From an uncultured Ignavibacteriales bacterium (GTDB lineage Bacteria; Bacteroidota; Ignavibacteria; Ignavibacteriales; Ignavibacteriaceae): a stretch of 64,000 nucleotides of DNA. The stretch lies in assembly GCA_963751355.1 (NCBI GenBank), contig CAVVVS010000077.1:1-64000 (forward strand), in the 5' to 3' direction. A program made the position numbers and the translations under genes. This document shows, in pieces, positions 18,417-29,272 of the stretch. Position 1 is the stretch's first letter. The number at the start of each line of letters is the position of its first letter. A model generated the notes under the pieces. The model did no database searches, was not told where the DNA came from, and saw only the letters and a program-made list of their open reading frames with translations.

Positions 18417-19100
18417 ATGGATTTGTATAACAAAAAAGATAAAAGTTTACCCCAGAAGATTCTTCTTATTAGTCTTGAAATATTAATCTTATGGATTAGT
18501 TACATGATCCTATTTTCGGATGTATATAACAAAATATTTACTTCACAAAATCATGTGCAGGGAAATCATGTAAGGCATATTATTTTATTTGTTCTTAATT
18601 TAGTAGTGTTTTTCCGGATAAGTATTACCATATTTTATCTAATTAAGAGACATATTCCATGGGAAGAAGCGTTTAGTGTTCCGTTTGCATTTGCAGTCTA
18701 TTATATAGGGTTTGCATTACTCGGGTATAAGACACAAAAGAGCATTGATTTTATAGATATTGTCGCGATTATTCTGTTCATCTGCGGCTCATTATTGAAT
18801 ACCGGATCCGAATTAATGCGTGACAAATGGAAGAAAAACCCCGAACATAAAGGGCAGTTATATACCGCCGGGCTTTTTAAATATTCGATGCATATTAATT
18901 TTTTCGGTGATATTATTTGGGTATTAGCTTATGCCGTTATAACAAGAAATTGGTATGCAGGCATTATTCCATTGCTCCTGTTTTTCTTCTTTGCATTTTA
19001 CAATATTCCCAAACTGGACAAATACTTGGCTGAAAAATACAAACAACAATTTGAAGAATACCGGGATAATACAAAAAAACTTGTCCCGTTTATTTATTAA
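18417..19100 (+). CDS. Membrane methyltransferase of the ICMT/DUF1295/NnrU family
   Basis: Multi-TM protein with the C-terminal motif GLFKYSMHINFFGD, which matches GLYxYSRHPNYFG. Confidence 0.6.
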   Translation: MDLYNKKDKSLPQKILLISLEILILWISYMILFSDVYNKIFTSQNHVQGNHVRHIILFVLNLVVFFRISITIFYLIKRHIPWEEAFSVPFAFAVYYIGFALLGYKTQKSIDFIDIVAIILFICGSLLNTGSELMRDKWKKNPEHKGQLYTAGLFKYSMHINFFGDIIWVLAYAVITRNWYAGIIPLLLFFFFAFYNIPKLDKYLAEKYKQQFEEYRDNTKKLVPFIY

Positions 19101-19188
19101 CTATTTTTACACACAAAATGGAAAGTAATACATATTGTCATTCCTTTCGTCCCGCTGAATGGTGACACTTTCAAAACCGAAATAAAAT

Positions 19189-19656
19189 ATGATTAAACTG
19201 ATAAAAACCAATTCTAAAAATAAAGATTTTGTAAAACTAGTAAATTATCTTGACAAAGAATTACAGAGGAGAGACGGAGATGAGCATGCGTTTTTCGCTC
19301 AGTTCAACAAGATTGATAAAATAAAAAATGTTTTAGTAGCATATGAAAATAAAAAACCGGTTGGATGCGGGGCAATAAAAAAATATAATAAAAATACTAT
19401 GGAGATAAAGAGAGTATTCGTACTGCCGGAATCCCGGGGGAAAGGTATTGCTACGAATATTTTATTTGAATTGGAAAATTGGACAAGAGAGCTGAATTTT
19501 AATCAGTGTATATTAGAAACCGGTGAAAATCAACCCGAAGCAATTGCTCTTTATAAAAAAAACGAGTATAAAATCATTCCAAACTATGGACAATATAAAG
19601 GCATAGAAAGAAGTGTCTGTTTTCAAAAGATAATTAAAAAAGAAAATAAAGATTAA
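19189..19656 (+). CDS. GNAT family N-acetyltransferase
   Basis: Acetyl-CoA binding motif RGKGIATNIL. Confidence 0.75.
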   Translation: MIKLIKTNSKNKDFVKLVNYLDKELQRRDGDEHAFFAQFNKIDKIKNVLVAYENKKPVGCGAIKKYNKNTMEIKRVFVLPESRGKGIATNILFELENWTRELNFNQCILETGENQPEAIALYKKNEYKIIPNYGQYKGIERSVCFQKIIKKENKD

Positions 19657-19703
19657 AGGATTCGGTAGATGATTTCTTCGAGCGGGGAGATTCAATTAGT
19701 TAA

Positions 19704-20486
19704 TTGAACATTGAAACAATAGTTGAAAAGAGAAAATTGGAAAATTATTTCGATAAACAATTTGAGTTAAGATATTTCGAGATGAATAAATCCGGAGAAG
19801 CTTCACCGACCACAATCTTAACTTTACTGGAAGAAACCGCAGCAGATCACTGCTATTCGATAAATAATAGTTTGTATGATCTTGAAAAACAAAATGCCGG
19901 ATGGATATTGCGATCCGGAGTTTTGCAAATGGACCGCTATCCCGTTTATAAAGAAAAGATTATTATTAGAACATGGCTGTCGGGTTATTCTGCTATTAAA
20001 GGATTTAGGGAAAACTTAATTTATGATGAACACGACAATATAATTGGCAAGGCTAAAGGCTTATGGGTTTTCTTCGATATTAACAGAAGGAGACCAATTC
20101 GAATATATGATGAAATAAGAGAGAAATGGTCGTCCTGTAATGAAGAAAGTATTCGTATTGATATTACAAAAAAGATAGAGGCAATTGACTCTGCAAATTA
20201 TATGCATGAATTTAATATAAAACGATTCGATACAGACATGAATAAACATGTGAACAATATTAGATATTTACAATGGGTAATCGAGTCAATTCCTGAAGAT
20301 ATAGTTAATAATTATTACTTGCATTCTATCAACGGACGTTTTATTGCAGAAGCACAATATGGGGACACAATCTTGTCCCTGACCAATGAGGACGATAATG
20401 ATAATTCTTTTATTCATACCATAAAGGTTAAAAGCAGTAATAAGGTTTGTGCTACCGCAAAAACCGTATGGAAGAAAATAGCATGA
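19704..20486 (+). CDS. Acyl-ACP thioesterase (double hotdog)
   Basis: Conserved DMNKHVNNIRYLQW motif of PF01643. The start is uncertain (TTG at 19704 or a downstream ATG). Confidence 0.7.
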   Translation: MNIETIVEKRKLENYFDKQFELRYFEMNKSGEASPTTILTLLEETAADHCYSINNSLYDLEKQNAGWILRSGVLQMDRYPVYKEKIIIRTWLSGYSAIKGFRENLIYDEHDNIIGKAKGLWVFFDINRRRPIRIYDEIREKWSSCNEESIRIDITKKIEAIDSANYMHEFNIKRFDTDMNKHVNNIRYLQWVIESIPEDIVNNYYLHSINGRFIAEAQYGDTILSLTNEDDNDNSFIHTIKVKSSNKVCATAKTVWKKIA

Positions 20487-20610
20487 ACATGCAATTTTGC
20501 TTGTAAAAATAATAGGCAAAACCGTAGTAAATTCAAAGGCTGCTGTCCGCATCAACATTAGTGTAAACTGATAGTAAAATGCAGCAGAGTTTCTTATTTT
20601 TCAAATATTA

Positions 20611-21189
20611 TTGTTGGGTGCAATAACAAAAAACGTCATGACAAAAATAATTGAACTAAAAACCGAAAGATTATCATTACAACCGATCAGAATTCGTAAT
20701 GCCAAAGATATTTTTGAGTATCGTTCGGATTCAATGACAAATAAATTTCAAGGCTGGATTCCGAAGACCTTAAGCGATGTAACTGAATTCATCGGGAAAG
20801 TATCATCAAATATTAACATCCCTGATACATGGTTTCAGTTTGTTATTATCCTTAATGAAAACAATAAATTGATTGGGGACATTGGAATTCATTTTTTAGA
20901 TATTGAAAATAAACAAGTTGAAATCGGATGTACATTAAACAAATTTTTTCAAGGAAAAGGATTTGCGACTGAAGCGTTGAAACGGATAATTACTTATTTG
21001 TTTAATGATTTAAATAAGCACAGAATTATAGCGTCAATTGACCCGCGAAATTTAAGTTCTATTAAATTGGTTGAAAGATTGGGATTCCGTAAAGAAGCTC
21101 ACTTTGAGGAAAGTCTCATGATAAACGGGAAATGGGTTGATGATTTAGTTTACGCTGTTCTAAAAAAGGAATGGGGAGAAATATCTTAA
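20611..21189 (+). CDS. GNAT family N-acetyltransferase (RimJ/RimL-like)
   Basis: FQGKGFATEALKRII motif. Length and layout are typical of RimL-type GNATs. Confidence 0.75.
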   Translation: MLGAITKNVMTKIIELKTERLSLQPIRIRNAKDIFEYRSDSMTNKFQGWIPKTLSDVTEFIGKVSSNINIPDTWFQFVIILNENNKLIGDIGIHFLDIENKQVEIGCTLNKFFQGKGFATEALKRIITYLFNDLNKHRIIASIDPRNLSSIKLVERLGFRKEAHFEESLMINGKWVDDLVYAVLKKEWGEIS

Positions 21190-21836
21190 AGAATTAACAG
21201 TGAAGAATTTTGACTACTCTAAAATGAAAATTAAAAGCCAAATGTTGGATCTGTTAAAATTAAATATTTATAGTAGATGACCAATAAAAATCGGCGGCGA
21301 ATAAAATATTGAATTTGTGTGGATTTATTTGTAATTAAAATATTTTTAGAACTATTTTTTATGATTAGTTGTTAATTCTATAACATGTACGGTTTTTTGC
21401 CAAAATTATGTATTGGACTTAAAAGTACCCAATTACAAATTATTTCCGTAAATTTATAAGAGCAGCTTTTAATAAAAAATATTAAATATACTTGCTTAAT
21501 GGTAATAATTTACGAATAGGTATATTTAATCGTTCTCAGGACTTATTGGAAAATCAGAAAAATCAGGGGAAATTTATGCCTTCAAAAAAATATAATTTCG
21601 GAATCATCCGTTAAAAACTTACCATCCGTTTCGAAATTATTTTCTATAACAATTTAATCTCTATCTTAAACAACGGAATTGAATCAGCTGTACTGAAATT
21701 TTAATAGTAGTTCTGTAGTAAAAAAGATGAGAATGATTTTTAATGTTAGCAGTAATAATTTTTATTTTCGGTGAAAATACCGAAAGAACATTTTTATAAC
21801 GTACCTTATAAATAGCTTAACTATAAAGTATGATAA

Positions 21837-23186
21837 ATGGGGATTGAAATGTTCAAAAAAAATCTAATTATAATTTTAATATGTCTTTTCACAAGTAGCA
21901 TTCCGGCACAGAGGGATAAAAAAATTATCTATTTAAGCTGGGAAAATGTTGTGGACATTTCTTTAAAAGATAATCTTGCTTTAAAATCCAAACTCCTTGA
22001 ATATAATTCACAGAATCTCGAAAAATGGAAATCAATTACTTCATTTCTGCCTACTTTAAGCTACCAGGGTGTAGCAGTAAGAAATCTTGAACTGCCCGTT
22101 TTTATTTTTATGGGGCAGCAGTTTGTTGTCGGTACAAATTATTCATTTCAACATTCTCTTAATTTAAGTTTACCCATTTTCGTGGGGGGAATGAGGTGGT
22201 TTAATTTAAGTGCACAAAGTAGCTTAAAAAAATCTTTGAGTGAAGAATTGAAAGGGCAGGAATCAAAGACCGTTTTAAACGCATTGCAGTCTTATTACGC
22301 CATAATGCTGACAGACGAATTAATGAAAACAGCAGATGAAGCGGTTTCGGTAGCAAGGGGAAATTTAGAGCAGGTTGAAAAACATTATAAGGCAGGAACG
22401 GCAACCGAGCTTGATCTTAAGCGGGCAAAAGCACAGTATTACTCAACCTTACCCCAATTGGCAGCAGCCGGCTCCAATCGGTTGTTATCATATCAAAGAT
22501 TAAAAACGATATTAACTATTCCTTTACAAGATTCATTAGTTGTTACCGATTCATTAACTTCAAGAAATTTTTTGGGTGACTATTCATCATACAAATTAGA
22601 GTCTTTAAAAAAATTAGCTTTTGAAAAAAGAAATGATTTAAAATCACTTTCACACAAACTTGATGCTACGGACGAAGGTGAAAAAATTGCACTCGCTCAA
22701 TTTTCTCCTGTAATCACCGTATCTGCAGATGTAATTCATCAAGCGCAAATGGATAGGTCAAATGTTTCGTGGAATGATTATATAAGATCAAAATCTATAG
22801 CGCTTTCCATTTACTGGCCGATTTTTGAAGGCGGAAGAAAAATAGTGGATTATCAACTTGCTAAAATAAAAACGGATCAAATGGAATTGGCGCTTGTACA
22901 GGCTAAAGACGGAGCTTCACTGGATGTGGAAGACAAATATTATACTTACAAAGAGGTAATAAAAAGTTTGAACAGCCTGCAGCAGGCAATGGAACAGTCA
23001 AAAGAAAGTATGAGGATTTCTACATTAATGTATAACAATGGAATGAGTACACAGCTTGATGTATTGAATGCGCAACTTCTTTACACCAAAAGCAAATCGG
23101 ATTATCTGATGGGAATTTTTAATTATAATATAAGTCAGTTGCAACTTCTCTATTCAATAGGGCTGATGAATAAAATTTGGAAATAA
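21837..23186 (+). CDS. TolC-family outer membrane efflux protein
   Basis: Signal peptide. Two-repeat helical/beta architecture. First gene of a TolC-MFP-RND operon. Confidence 0.8.
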   Translation: MGIEMFKKNLIIILICLFTSSIPAQRDKKIIYLSWENVVDISLKDNLALKSKLLEYNSQNLEKWKSITSFLPTLSYQGVAVRNLELPVFIFMGQQFVVGTNYSFQHSLNLSLPIFVGGMRWFNLSAQSSLKKSLSEELKGQESKTVLNALQSYYAIMLTDELMKTADEAVSVARGNLEQVEKHYKAGTATELDLKRAKAQYYSTLPQLAAAGSNRLLSYQRLKTILTIPLQDSLVVTDSLTSRNFLGDYSSYKLESLKKLAFEKRNDLKSLSHKLDATDEGEKIALAQFSPVITVSADVIHQAQMDRSNVSWNDYIRSKSIALSIYWPIFEGGRKIVDYQLAKIKTDQMELALVQAKDGASLDVEDKYYTYKEVIKSLNSLQQAMEQSKESMRISTLMYNNGMSTQLDVLNAQLLYTKSKSDYLMGIFNYNISQLQLLYSIGLMNKIWK

Positions 23187-23203
23187 GATTTTCGGGGGAG
23201 GAA

Positions 23204-24310
23204 ATGAGTAAAAATTTACCAGCATTATTAATAATAACTTTATTGTTTTTTTCCGCATGTACAAAGAATGAAGAAGTAAAGGAAGAAAAATTAATCCCTG
23301 TTAATATTTATAAAGTTCAGCCGGATAATATATCGAGCTATATTAAATTGACCGGAAGTGTAACAGGCGAAAACGATGTTGTAGTTTATAGTAAAATAAG
23401 TGAAAAGCTGGATAAGATTAACGTTAAACCGGGGCAGTATGTAAGTAGCGGAGAGGTACTTGCCGTTCAATATAATACTGTTTTCAAGCAGTCGGTTGAA
23501 TTAGCTAAAGCAGCCGTAAAAACGGCAAAAGCTCAATACGAACTAATTAGTCAGGATTATGAAAGAATGAATGAACTTTTTAAACAGAAAGCCGTAAGTC
23601 CCCAGCAGTACGATCAAATTAAAACACAAAAAGAAACTGCAGAAGCAGGCCTGGAACAGGCAGAACTGCAGCTGGAACAAGCAAATGAAAATTTCCAAAA
23701 TAGTTTTATAAAAGCCCCGTTTGCGGGTGTAGTAGGCGCTGTGTTTTTTGAACAGAACCAAATGATACCGGCAGGACAACCTGTGGTGCAGGTGGTAAGC
23801 CCGAATGATATGAAATCTAAATTGCAGGTTTCCAGTAAAGACGTCTCGTTTATCTCTGTCGGACAGCCGGTAGAAATTAATTTCCCGTCCATTAATGGGA
23901 AAAAATATAAAGGAAAAGTCGTAAACATAAATCATGCGATAAACCGGGTTTCTAATCTTCTTGAAATTGAAGTTCAAATAACTAATCCGGATAAAAATAT
24001 TAGATCAGGAATTTTCGGTGAGTTTTTAATTGAAACATCGACTAAAAAAGGAGTGATGGTTTTACCGGAAAATGCATTGATGCAGCAAACCGAAATTGTA
24101 GTGGACAAAAAGACGGGAATTCAAAAGACAGTTAAGAAACATTTTGTGTTTGCTGTTGAAAACGGAACTGCAAAATTAAAAGAAGTTAAAACCGGGATAA
24201 ACAGCGACGGCAGAATTGAGATAAAGAATGGATTAAAAAAATCAGACACGGTCATCGTTATCGGTCAAAATGTTGTCCGCGAAGGTCAAAAAGTTAAGAT
24301 AGTTGAGTAA
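23204..24310 (+). CDS. RND efflux periplasmic adaptor (membrane fusion protein)
   Basis: Lipobox FFSAC, coiled-coil hairpin and beta-barrel domains. GGAGG Shine-Dalgarno upstream of the ATG at 23204. The ORF-track start at 23177 is probably too early. Confidence 0.8.
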   Translation: MSKNLPALLIITLLFFSACTKNEEVKEEKLIPVNIYKVQPDNISSYIKLTGSVTGENDVVVYSKISEKLDKINVKPGQYVSSGEVLAVQYNTVFKQSVELAKAAVKTAKAQYELISQDYERMNELFKQKAVSPQQYDQIKTQKETAEAGLEQAELQLEQANENFQNSFIKAPFAGVVGAVFFEQNQMIPAGQPVVQVVSPNDMKSKLQVSSKDVSFISVGQPVEINFPSINGKKYKGKVVNINHAINRVSNLLEIEVQITNPDKNIRSGIFGEFLIETSTKKGVMVLPENALMQQTEIVVDKKTGIQKTVKKHFVFAVENGTAKLKEVKTGINSDGRIEIKNGLKKSDTVIVIGQNVVREGQKVKIVE

Positions 24311-24330
24311 GAGGGAATAAGGGGGCAAGT

Positions 24331-27300
24331 ATGATATTAACAAAATTTTCTCTAAGGCGGCAAATAACGCTGCTGATGATTTATAGTATCATTCTCGGAT
24401 TTAGTTTCTTTTCTGTTTCACAATTGAAGATAGATTTTTTCCCGGATATTCAATTCCCTTATGCAGGAATAATTACAAGTTACACCGGAGTAGGTCCCGA
24501 GGACATAGAGAATCTCATAACACGTCCTATGGAAGAAGCGGTATCTTCGGTGAAGAATATAGAAAAGGTAAATTCTCAATCATTTCAGGGCGCTTCTATA
24601 ATTACACTTGAGTTTAAATACGGTACGGATATGGAACAAGCCGATGCCGATATCAGAAAAAATATAGATTTTATTAGAGATTATTTACCACCGGACGCGA
24701 ACGAACCTTTGACTTTCATTTTCGATCCTTCTCTGCAGCCGATAATATTTTTGACTTTAAGCTCCCAGTATTTAGGTCCCGCAGAATTACGCAGGCTATC
24801 TGAAAAAACTATTGAACCATTGCTCGAAAGAGTGGAAGGTGTGGCATCTGTTCAAACACAAGGGGGTTTGCAGAGACAAATAAACGTAAACTTAAACCCG
24901 GTATTACTTGCCTCGTACGGATTGTCCCCGGCAGATGTTAACCGGGCTGTACAATCAGGGGGCGGTATTCAACCTGGAGGAACAATAGAAACCGGTATTA
25001 AAAATTATAACCTCCGGATCTTCAGCGAATATCACTCTCTTGAGCAAATTAAAAATACCATTGTTACAATGAAAGGATTGCAGCCTGTTTACGTAAAAGA
25101 CGTTGCCGATGTAATAGACGGTTACAAGGAATCTACTTCGGAAGTCAGAGCAGATTACGGAGAGGGTATTACCTTGATGATTTTCAAACAATCCGATGCA
25201 AATACTGTCTTGACCAGCCGCAATGTAAAAAAAACTTTTCCGTCCATCATGGATAGATTGCCGGAAGGAACTAAACTTGGTTTACTATGGGATCAATCGG
25301 ATTTTATTCTTAGGTCTATTAATAATCTTCGCAACACCGCATTAATCGCTTTTGTAATGGCATTCCTTGTTATCTATTTTTTTCTCAGGAATTGGCGCGG
25401 AAGTTTTATTGTCGGGATATCAATCCCTGTTGCGGTAGTTGCAACATTCGCAGCTTTATATGCAGCAGATTTAACATTAAATATTATTTCAATGGCAGGT
25501 CTCGCCCTTGCAGTGGGCATGCTTGTGGACAATTCAATAGTAGTGCTGGAAAATATCTATCGGCACAGGGAATTGGGTGAAGGTAAACTGGATGCAGCCG
25601 ATAAGGGCGCGTCCGAGGTTGGAATGGCAATTACTGCTTCGACGCTTACGACAATCAGCGTTTTTCTCCCGGTTCTCTTTGTTCCCGATATTACGGGACA
25701 ATTGTTTAAGGATATGGTTTTGACTATAACTTTCAGCCTGGTTGTTTCTTTACTTATTGCTTTAACGCTCGTTCCATTAATATCTTCTCATATTCTAAAA
25801 GTAACAAAAAATCAAAATATTGGTGGAACCGGAAATAAACCTAAAAAAACAGGCTGGTTTAATAACTTAAAAATGAAAGTGGGAGATGGACTGGATAAAT
25901 TTTCCGCCCGTTATTCAAAAATTCTGCATTGGTCATTATTCCATAAAAAAGTTGTATTGATTACCGTCTTTCTTTTATTTGTCGCATCGTTGTTTGTTGC
26001 ATCGTTTTTGGGCGGGGAGTTTCTGCCCAAAACTGATCAGGGTTTTATAAATCTTGTAATTGAATCACCCGCTGGTAATCCTATTGAAAGGACAAGAGTA
26101 TATGCTTATGAACTGGAGGACATTTTTAAAGATGTCATCAAGAAAGAAGAATTAGAATCGGTTTCTATATTTTTCGGTAACAGGGAGGGGATCGGTGCGT
26201 TTGGTACTAATGCCAGCACCATTGAAGTATTTTTGCGGTTAAAACCGATCGAACAAAGAAAACGGTCGCAATTTGAAATACAAAATTTACTTCGGCAGCG
26301 ACTGGATAATATTGCCGGTATTACTTATTTCTTCCAGGAAGGGGGATCTTTCACCAATGAAAAAGACATCGAGGTAAAAGTAGTCGGATTTGATATCGAT
26401 GGTGCCAAATCAATCGCAAATCAATTAAAAGAAAAAATGGAAAAAATTCCCGGTTTAGTCGACATCTCGATGAATGTAAAAGCAACTACGCCCGAACTTC
26501 AAATTCACTTAAATAAGGATGTAATGAATGATCTTAAGCTGTCCACGCTTCAAGTCGCGGCAAATATTTCAACTGCAATACAGGGACAGGTGGTTTCACA
26601 ATATCGTGAAAAAGAAGATGAATATGATGTGCGGGTGCAATTTGCCAAAGAATATCGAAATCAAAAGGAAGCATTAAGCCAGATGCAAATAGCCTTGCCG
26701 GCAGGCCAGATGGTCCGGTTAAATGATATCGCCCGGATTGAAGAAGAAGAATCGTCTCCTACAATTTTCAGGGAAAATCAGAGCCGGTTTATTTCTGTAG
26801 GATGCGGATTATCGGGTATAGATCTTTCCGCAGCAGTTGATAAAATTAATAGCATTATTGATGAAACTCCGATTCCTTCTGAATACCAGGTTATTATCGG
26901 GGGCACGGCTGAAGATCAGCAGGAAGCATTCTTTTATCTTACGCTCGCATTTATCGCGGCAATTCTGCTGGTATACATGATAATGGCTTCTCAATTTGAA
27001 TCCCTTGTTGATCCGTTGATAATTATGTTCACTGTCCCTCTTTCTATAATAGGTGTCTTCTTTTTCTTACTTATAACCGGAACATCATTAAGCGTTATGG
27101 CTTTGATCGGATTAGTAATGATGGTTGGTATTGCGGTCAATAACGGAATAGTTCTAGTAGATTTTATAAATCAACTGCGGGCTCGCGGATTAGGTCTTTA
27201 CGAAGCTGTGGAACAAGGAAGTAAAGCACGGCTCCGTCCCGTATTAATGACCGCCTTAACTACAATACTCGCAATGGTTCCTCTTGCAATTGAGCTCGGT

Positions 27301-27465
27301 TCCGGATCCGAAACATGGTCCCCGTTAGCACGTGCGGTTATCGGCGGACTTTCGGCAACAACGGTTTTAACTTTAATTATAATACCTATCCTTTATGTTT
27401 TGTTTGAAAGATTAAATGATAGAATTAAGAATTTTTACAGAAGAATATTCGTTAGGGAGGGTTGA
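24331..27465 (+). CDS. RND efflux permease (AcrB/CzcA-like, 12 TM)
   Basis: 1044 aa with typical AcrB TM and porter domain organisation. Confidence 0.9.
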   Translation: MILTKFSLRRQITLLMIYSIILGFSFFSVSQLKIDFFPDIQFPYAGIITSYTGVGPEDIENLITRPMEEAVSSVKNIEKVNSQSFQGASIITLEFKYGTDMEQADADIRKNIDFIRDYLPPDANEPLTFIFDPSLQPIIFLTLSSQYLGPAELRRLSEKTIEPLLERVEGVASVQTQGGLQRQINVNLNPVLLASYGLSPADVNRAVQSGGGIQPGGTIETGIKNYNLRIFSEYHSLEQIKNTIVTMKGLQPVYVKDVADVIDGYKESTSEVRADYGEGITLMIFKQSDANTVLTSRNVKKTFPSIMDRLPEGTKLGLLWDQSDFILRSINNLRNTALIAFVMAFLVIYFFLRNWRGSFIVGISIPVAVVATFAALYAADLTLNIISMAGLALAVGMLVDNSIVVLENIYRHRELGEGKLDAADKGASEVGMAITASTLTTISVFLPVLFVPDITGQLFKDMVLTITFSLVVSLLIALTLVPLISSHILKVTKNQNIGGTGNKPKKTGWFNNLKMKVGDGLDKFSARYSKILHWSLFHKKVVLITVFLLFVASLFVASFLGGEFLPKTDQGFINLVIESPAGNPIERTRVYAYELEDIFKDVIKKEELESVSIFFGNREGIGAFGTNASTIEVFLRLKPIEQRKRSQFEIQNLLRQRLDNIAGITYFFQEGGSFTNEKDIEVKVVGFDIDGAKSIANQLKEKMEKIPGLVDISMNVKATTPELQIHLNKDVMNDLKLSTLQVAANISTAIQGQVVSQYREKEDEYDVRVQFAKEYRNQKEALSQMQIALPAGQMVRLNDIARIEEEESSPTIFRENQSRFISVGCGLSGIDLSAAVDKINSIIDETPIPSEYQVIIGGTAEDQQEAFFYLTLAFIAAILLVYMIMASQFESLVDPLIIMFTVPLSIIGVFFFLLITGTSLSVMALIGLVMMVGIAVNNGIVLVDFINQLRARGLGLYEAVEQGSKARLRPVLMTALTTILAMVPLAIELGSGSETWSPLARAVIGGLSATTVLTLIIIPILYVLFERLNDRIKNFYRRIFVREG

Positions 27466-27695
27466 TTGACAGGTGTAAGGATTCTGTAAGAGTTTGAAAT
27501 TTATAATATAATATTCGCACACTAAATTAAAGATTAGAACATGAGAATAAATTTATTTTATTTTGTAATAATTTTTTACATACCGCCATTAATTTATCCG
27601 CAGGAATATTTACTTTACCTTGTTCGCAAACTTACCAATGTTAAATTAATCCTATTAGTCGGAGAATAATGAAAAATAAAAAGAGAATATGATAA

Positions 27696-28085
27696 ATGAA
27701 TGACGAAAAAAACCATGTGAAAAGAAAAGATAATGAACTACCATTTGCAGTAACAAAAAAAGGAATGCGTTATCATCATATAGGAATTCCTACCGAAGAG
27801 CGAAAACCAAACGAAAAATATTTGGACGGTTACAAATTTTATGTCTCGGGATTTGATACAAGCGAATACGGAATTGAATGGATGCGATTTGAACCTGATA
27901 GCCCGGTGGCGGAAATAATAAAAAGAATTCCGCATGTAGCATTTGAAGTAGATAATCTCGAAACGGCGATTGAAGGTAAAAAATTAATAGGGGAAATAAG
28001 TTCGCCGTCAAAAGGAGTTCGTGTTGCTATGATTTTGGAAAACGGTGTTCCGGTAGAGTTTTTGGAGTTTGATAAACCGTTGTAG
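27696..28085 (+). CDS. VOC (glyoxalase/bleomycin-resistance fold) family protein
   Basis: HHIGIPTEE start of the beta-alpha-beta-beta-beta module and a second module IPHVAFEVDNLE. Confidence 0.5.
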   Translation: MNDEKNHVKRKDNELPFAVTKKGMRYHHIGIPTEERKPNEKYLDGYKFYVSGFDTSEYGIEWMRFEPDSPVAEIIKRIPHVAFEVDNLETAIEGKKLIGEISSPSKGVRVAMILENGVPVEFLEFDKPL

Positions 28086-28136
28086 ACATGAGGGAATAAT
28101 TGCATTTTCTCAAATACAGATATGTTGATTAGGGAC

Positions 28137-28160
28137 ATCTGCGGGGACGCAGACTTGCGC
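28137..28160. repeat. Hairpin repeat element copy A (ATCTGCGGGGACGCAGACTTGCGC)
   Basis: 22/24 nt identical to 43164-43187. 6-7 bp GC stem with a 4-nt loop. Confidence 0.5.
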
Positions 28161-28264
28161 ATACGAAATCCTTTAGTAAATTAAAAATGAAATTCCGAAT
28201 GGTAAATAAATATTACATGAAGACTTCCGGAGAGAAACAGCACTAATAAAAAATTTGGGCAGTC

Positions 28265-28909
28265 ATGACATACGATAAAACTTATACCGAAGTAAAACAT
28301 GTATTCGGCACCGGACCTGAAAGGACGTTGGTAAGGTTTGTAAATAAAATTGATAAAACAAAACCGGTTTTGGATATTGGAGCCGGGCAGGGACGCAATG
28401 CAGTATATCTTGCCGCAGAAGGATTCTCTGTCGACGCCATTGATCCTTCAAGTATTGCGGTAAAAACAATCTCGAAAATATCAAAAGGAAAAAAATATAA
28501 TATTGCGGCTTATCAAGCTAGCTTCGATGATTTTACCCCACAGCAGCTGCCCTATTCCGCAATTTTTATTTATGGTTTAATACAGATATTGGATTGGAAG
28601 TCCATTGATTTACTTGTAAATAAAGTTAACGAATGGACAAAAAAAGACAGTTTAATTTTTGTAACGTCTTTTTCAACAAAAGACGCCACGTTTAAAAAAT
28701 ACAGCAAAGAATGGAATAAAACGGGGAAAAATTCATTTAGTGATGATGAGGGTGATTGCAGAACATTTTTAATGCAGAATGAAATAGTCACATTTTTTAA
28801 GAATCATCGTATCCTCTACCATTGGGAAGGACTAGGTTCGAAACACCGGCACGGTAACAGTCCGGTGCAGGAGCATGCAATGATAGAATTAGTCGCACAA
28901 AAAAATTAA
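28265..28909 (+). CDS. Class I SAM-dependent methyltransferase (TehB-like)
   Basis: LDIGAGQGRNAVYLAAEGFSVDAIDPS. Confidence 0.65.
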   Translation: MTYDKTYTEVKHVFGTGPERTLVRFVNKIDKTKPVLDIGAGQGRNAVYLAAEGFSVDAIDPSSIAVKTISKISKGKKYNIAAYQASFDDFTPQQLPYSAIFIYGLIQILDWKSIDLLVNKVNEWTKKDSLIFVTSFSTKDATFKKYSKEWNKTGKNSFSDDEGDCRTFLMQNEIVTFFKNHRILYHWEGLGSKHRHGNSPVQEHAMIELVAQKN

Positions 28910-28973
28910 CACGTGAATTTGAATCATAATCATGATTACTCCGCTTTTTATCTTACCCCAAAAACTTTCCTTA

Positions 28974-29272
28974 TTTAAAGAATTTCCCATTTTTTATTTG
29001 CTATAATCAATTAAAAAATATAGTTTTATAAATGTTTTGTATAATTGGGGTACGCCTATATGATTTTTGCATGTCGATATTTCTAATTATGCTTCATGCC
29101 CAAATTTGTATGATAACAATTTTAATTGATTACTAATACATCTCAAAATTCCCGACAGCTGAGTTTAGTGCTGAAGCAATTTAGAATTTTTCTCGTTTGA
29201 GGAATATTTCCTCTATATAAGTAATGATCTTAAAGGTAATTGAGAACTTAATACTATGTTAGGCATTAGCAA
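28974..29272 (+). repeat. Direct repeat copy 1 (about 300 bp including a 47-bp insertion), containing the promoter and ATG of 29256..30182
   Basis: About 95% identical to 32224-32478. It includes TTTTTATTTGCTATAATCAATTAAAAAATATAG...AATACTATGTTA. Confidence 0.85.
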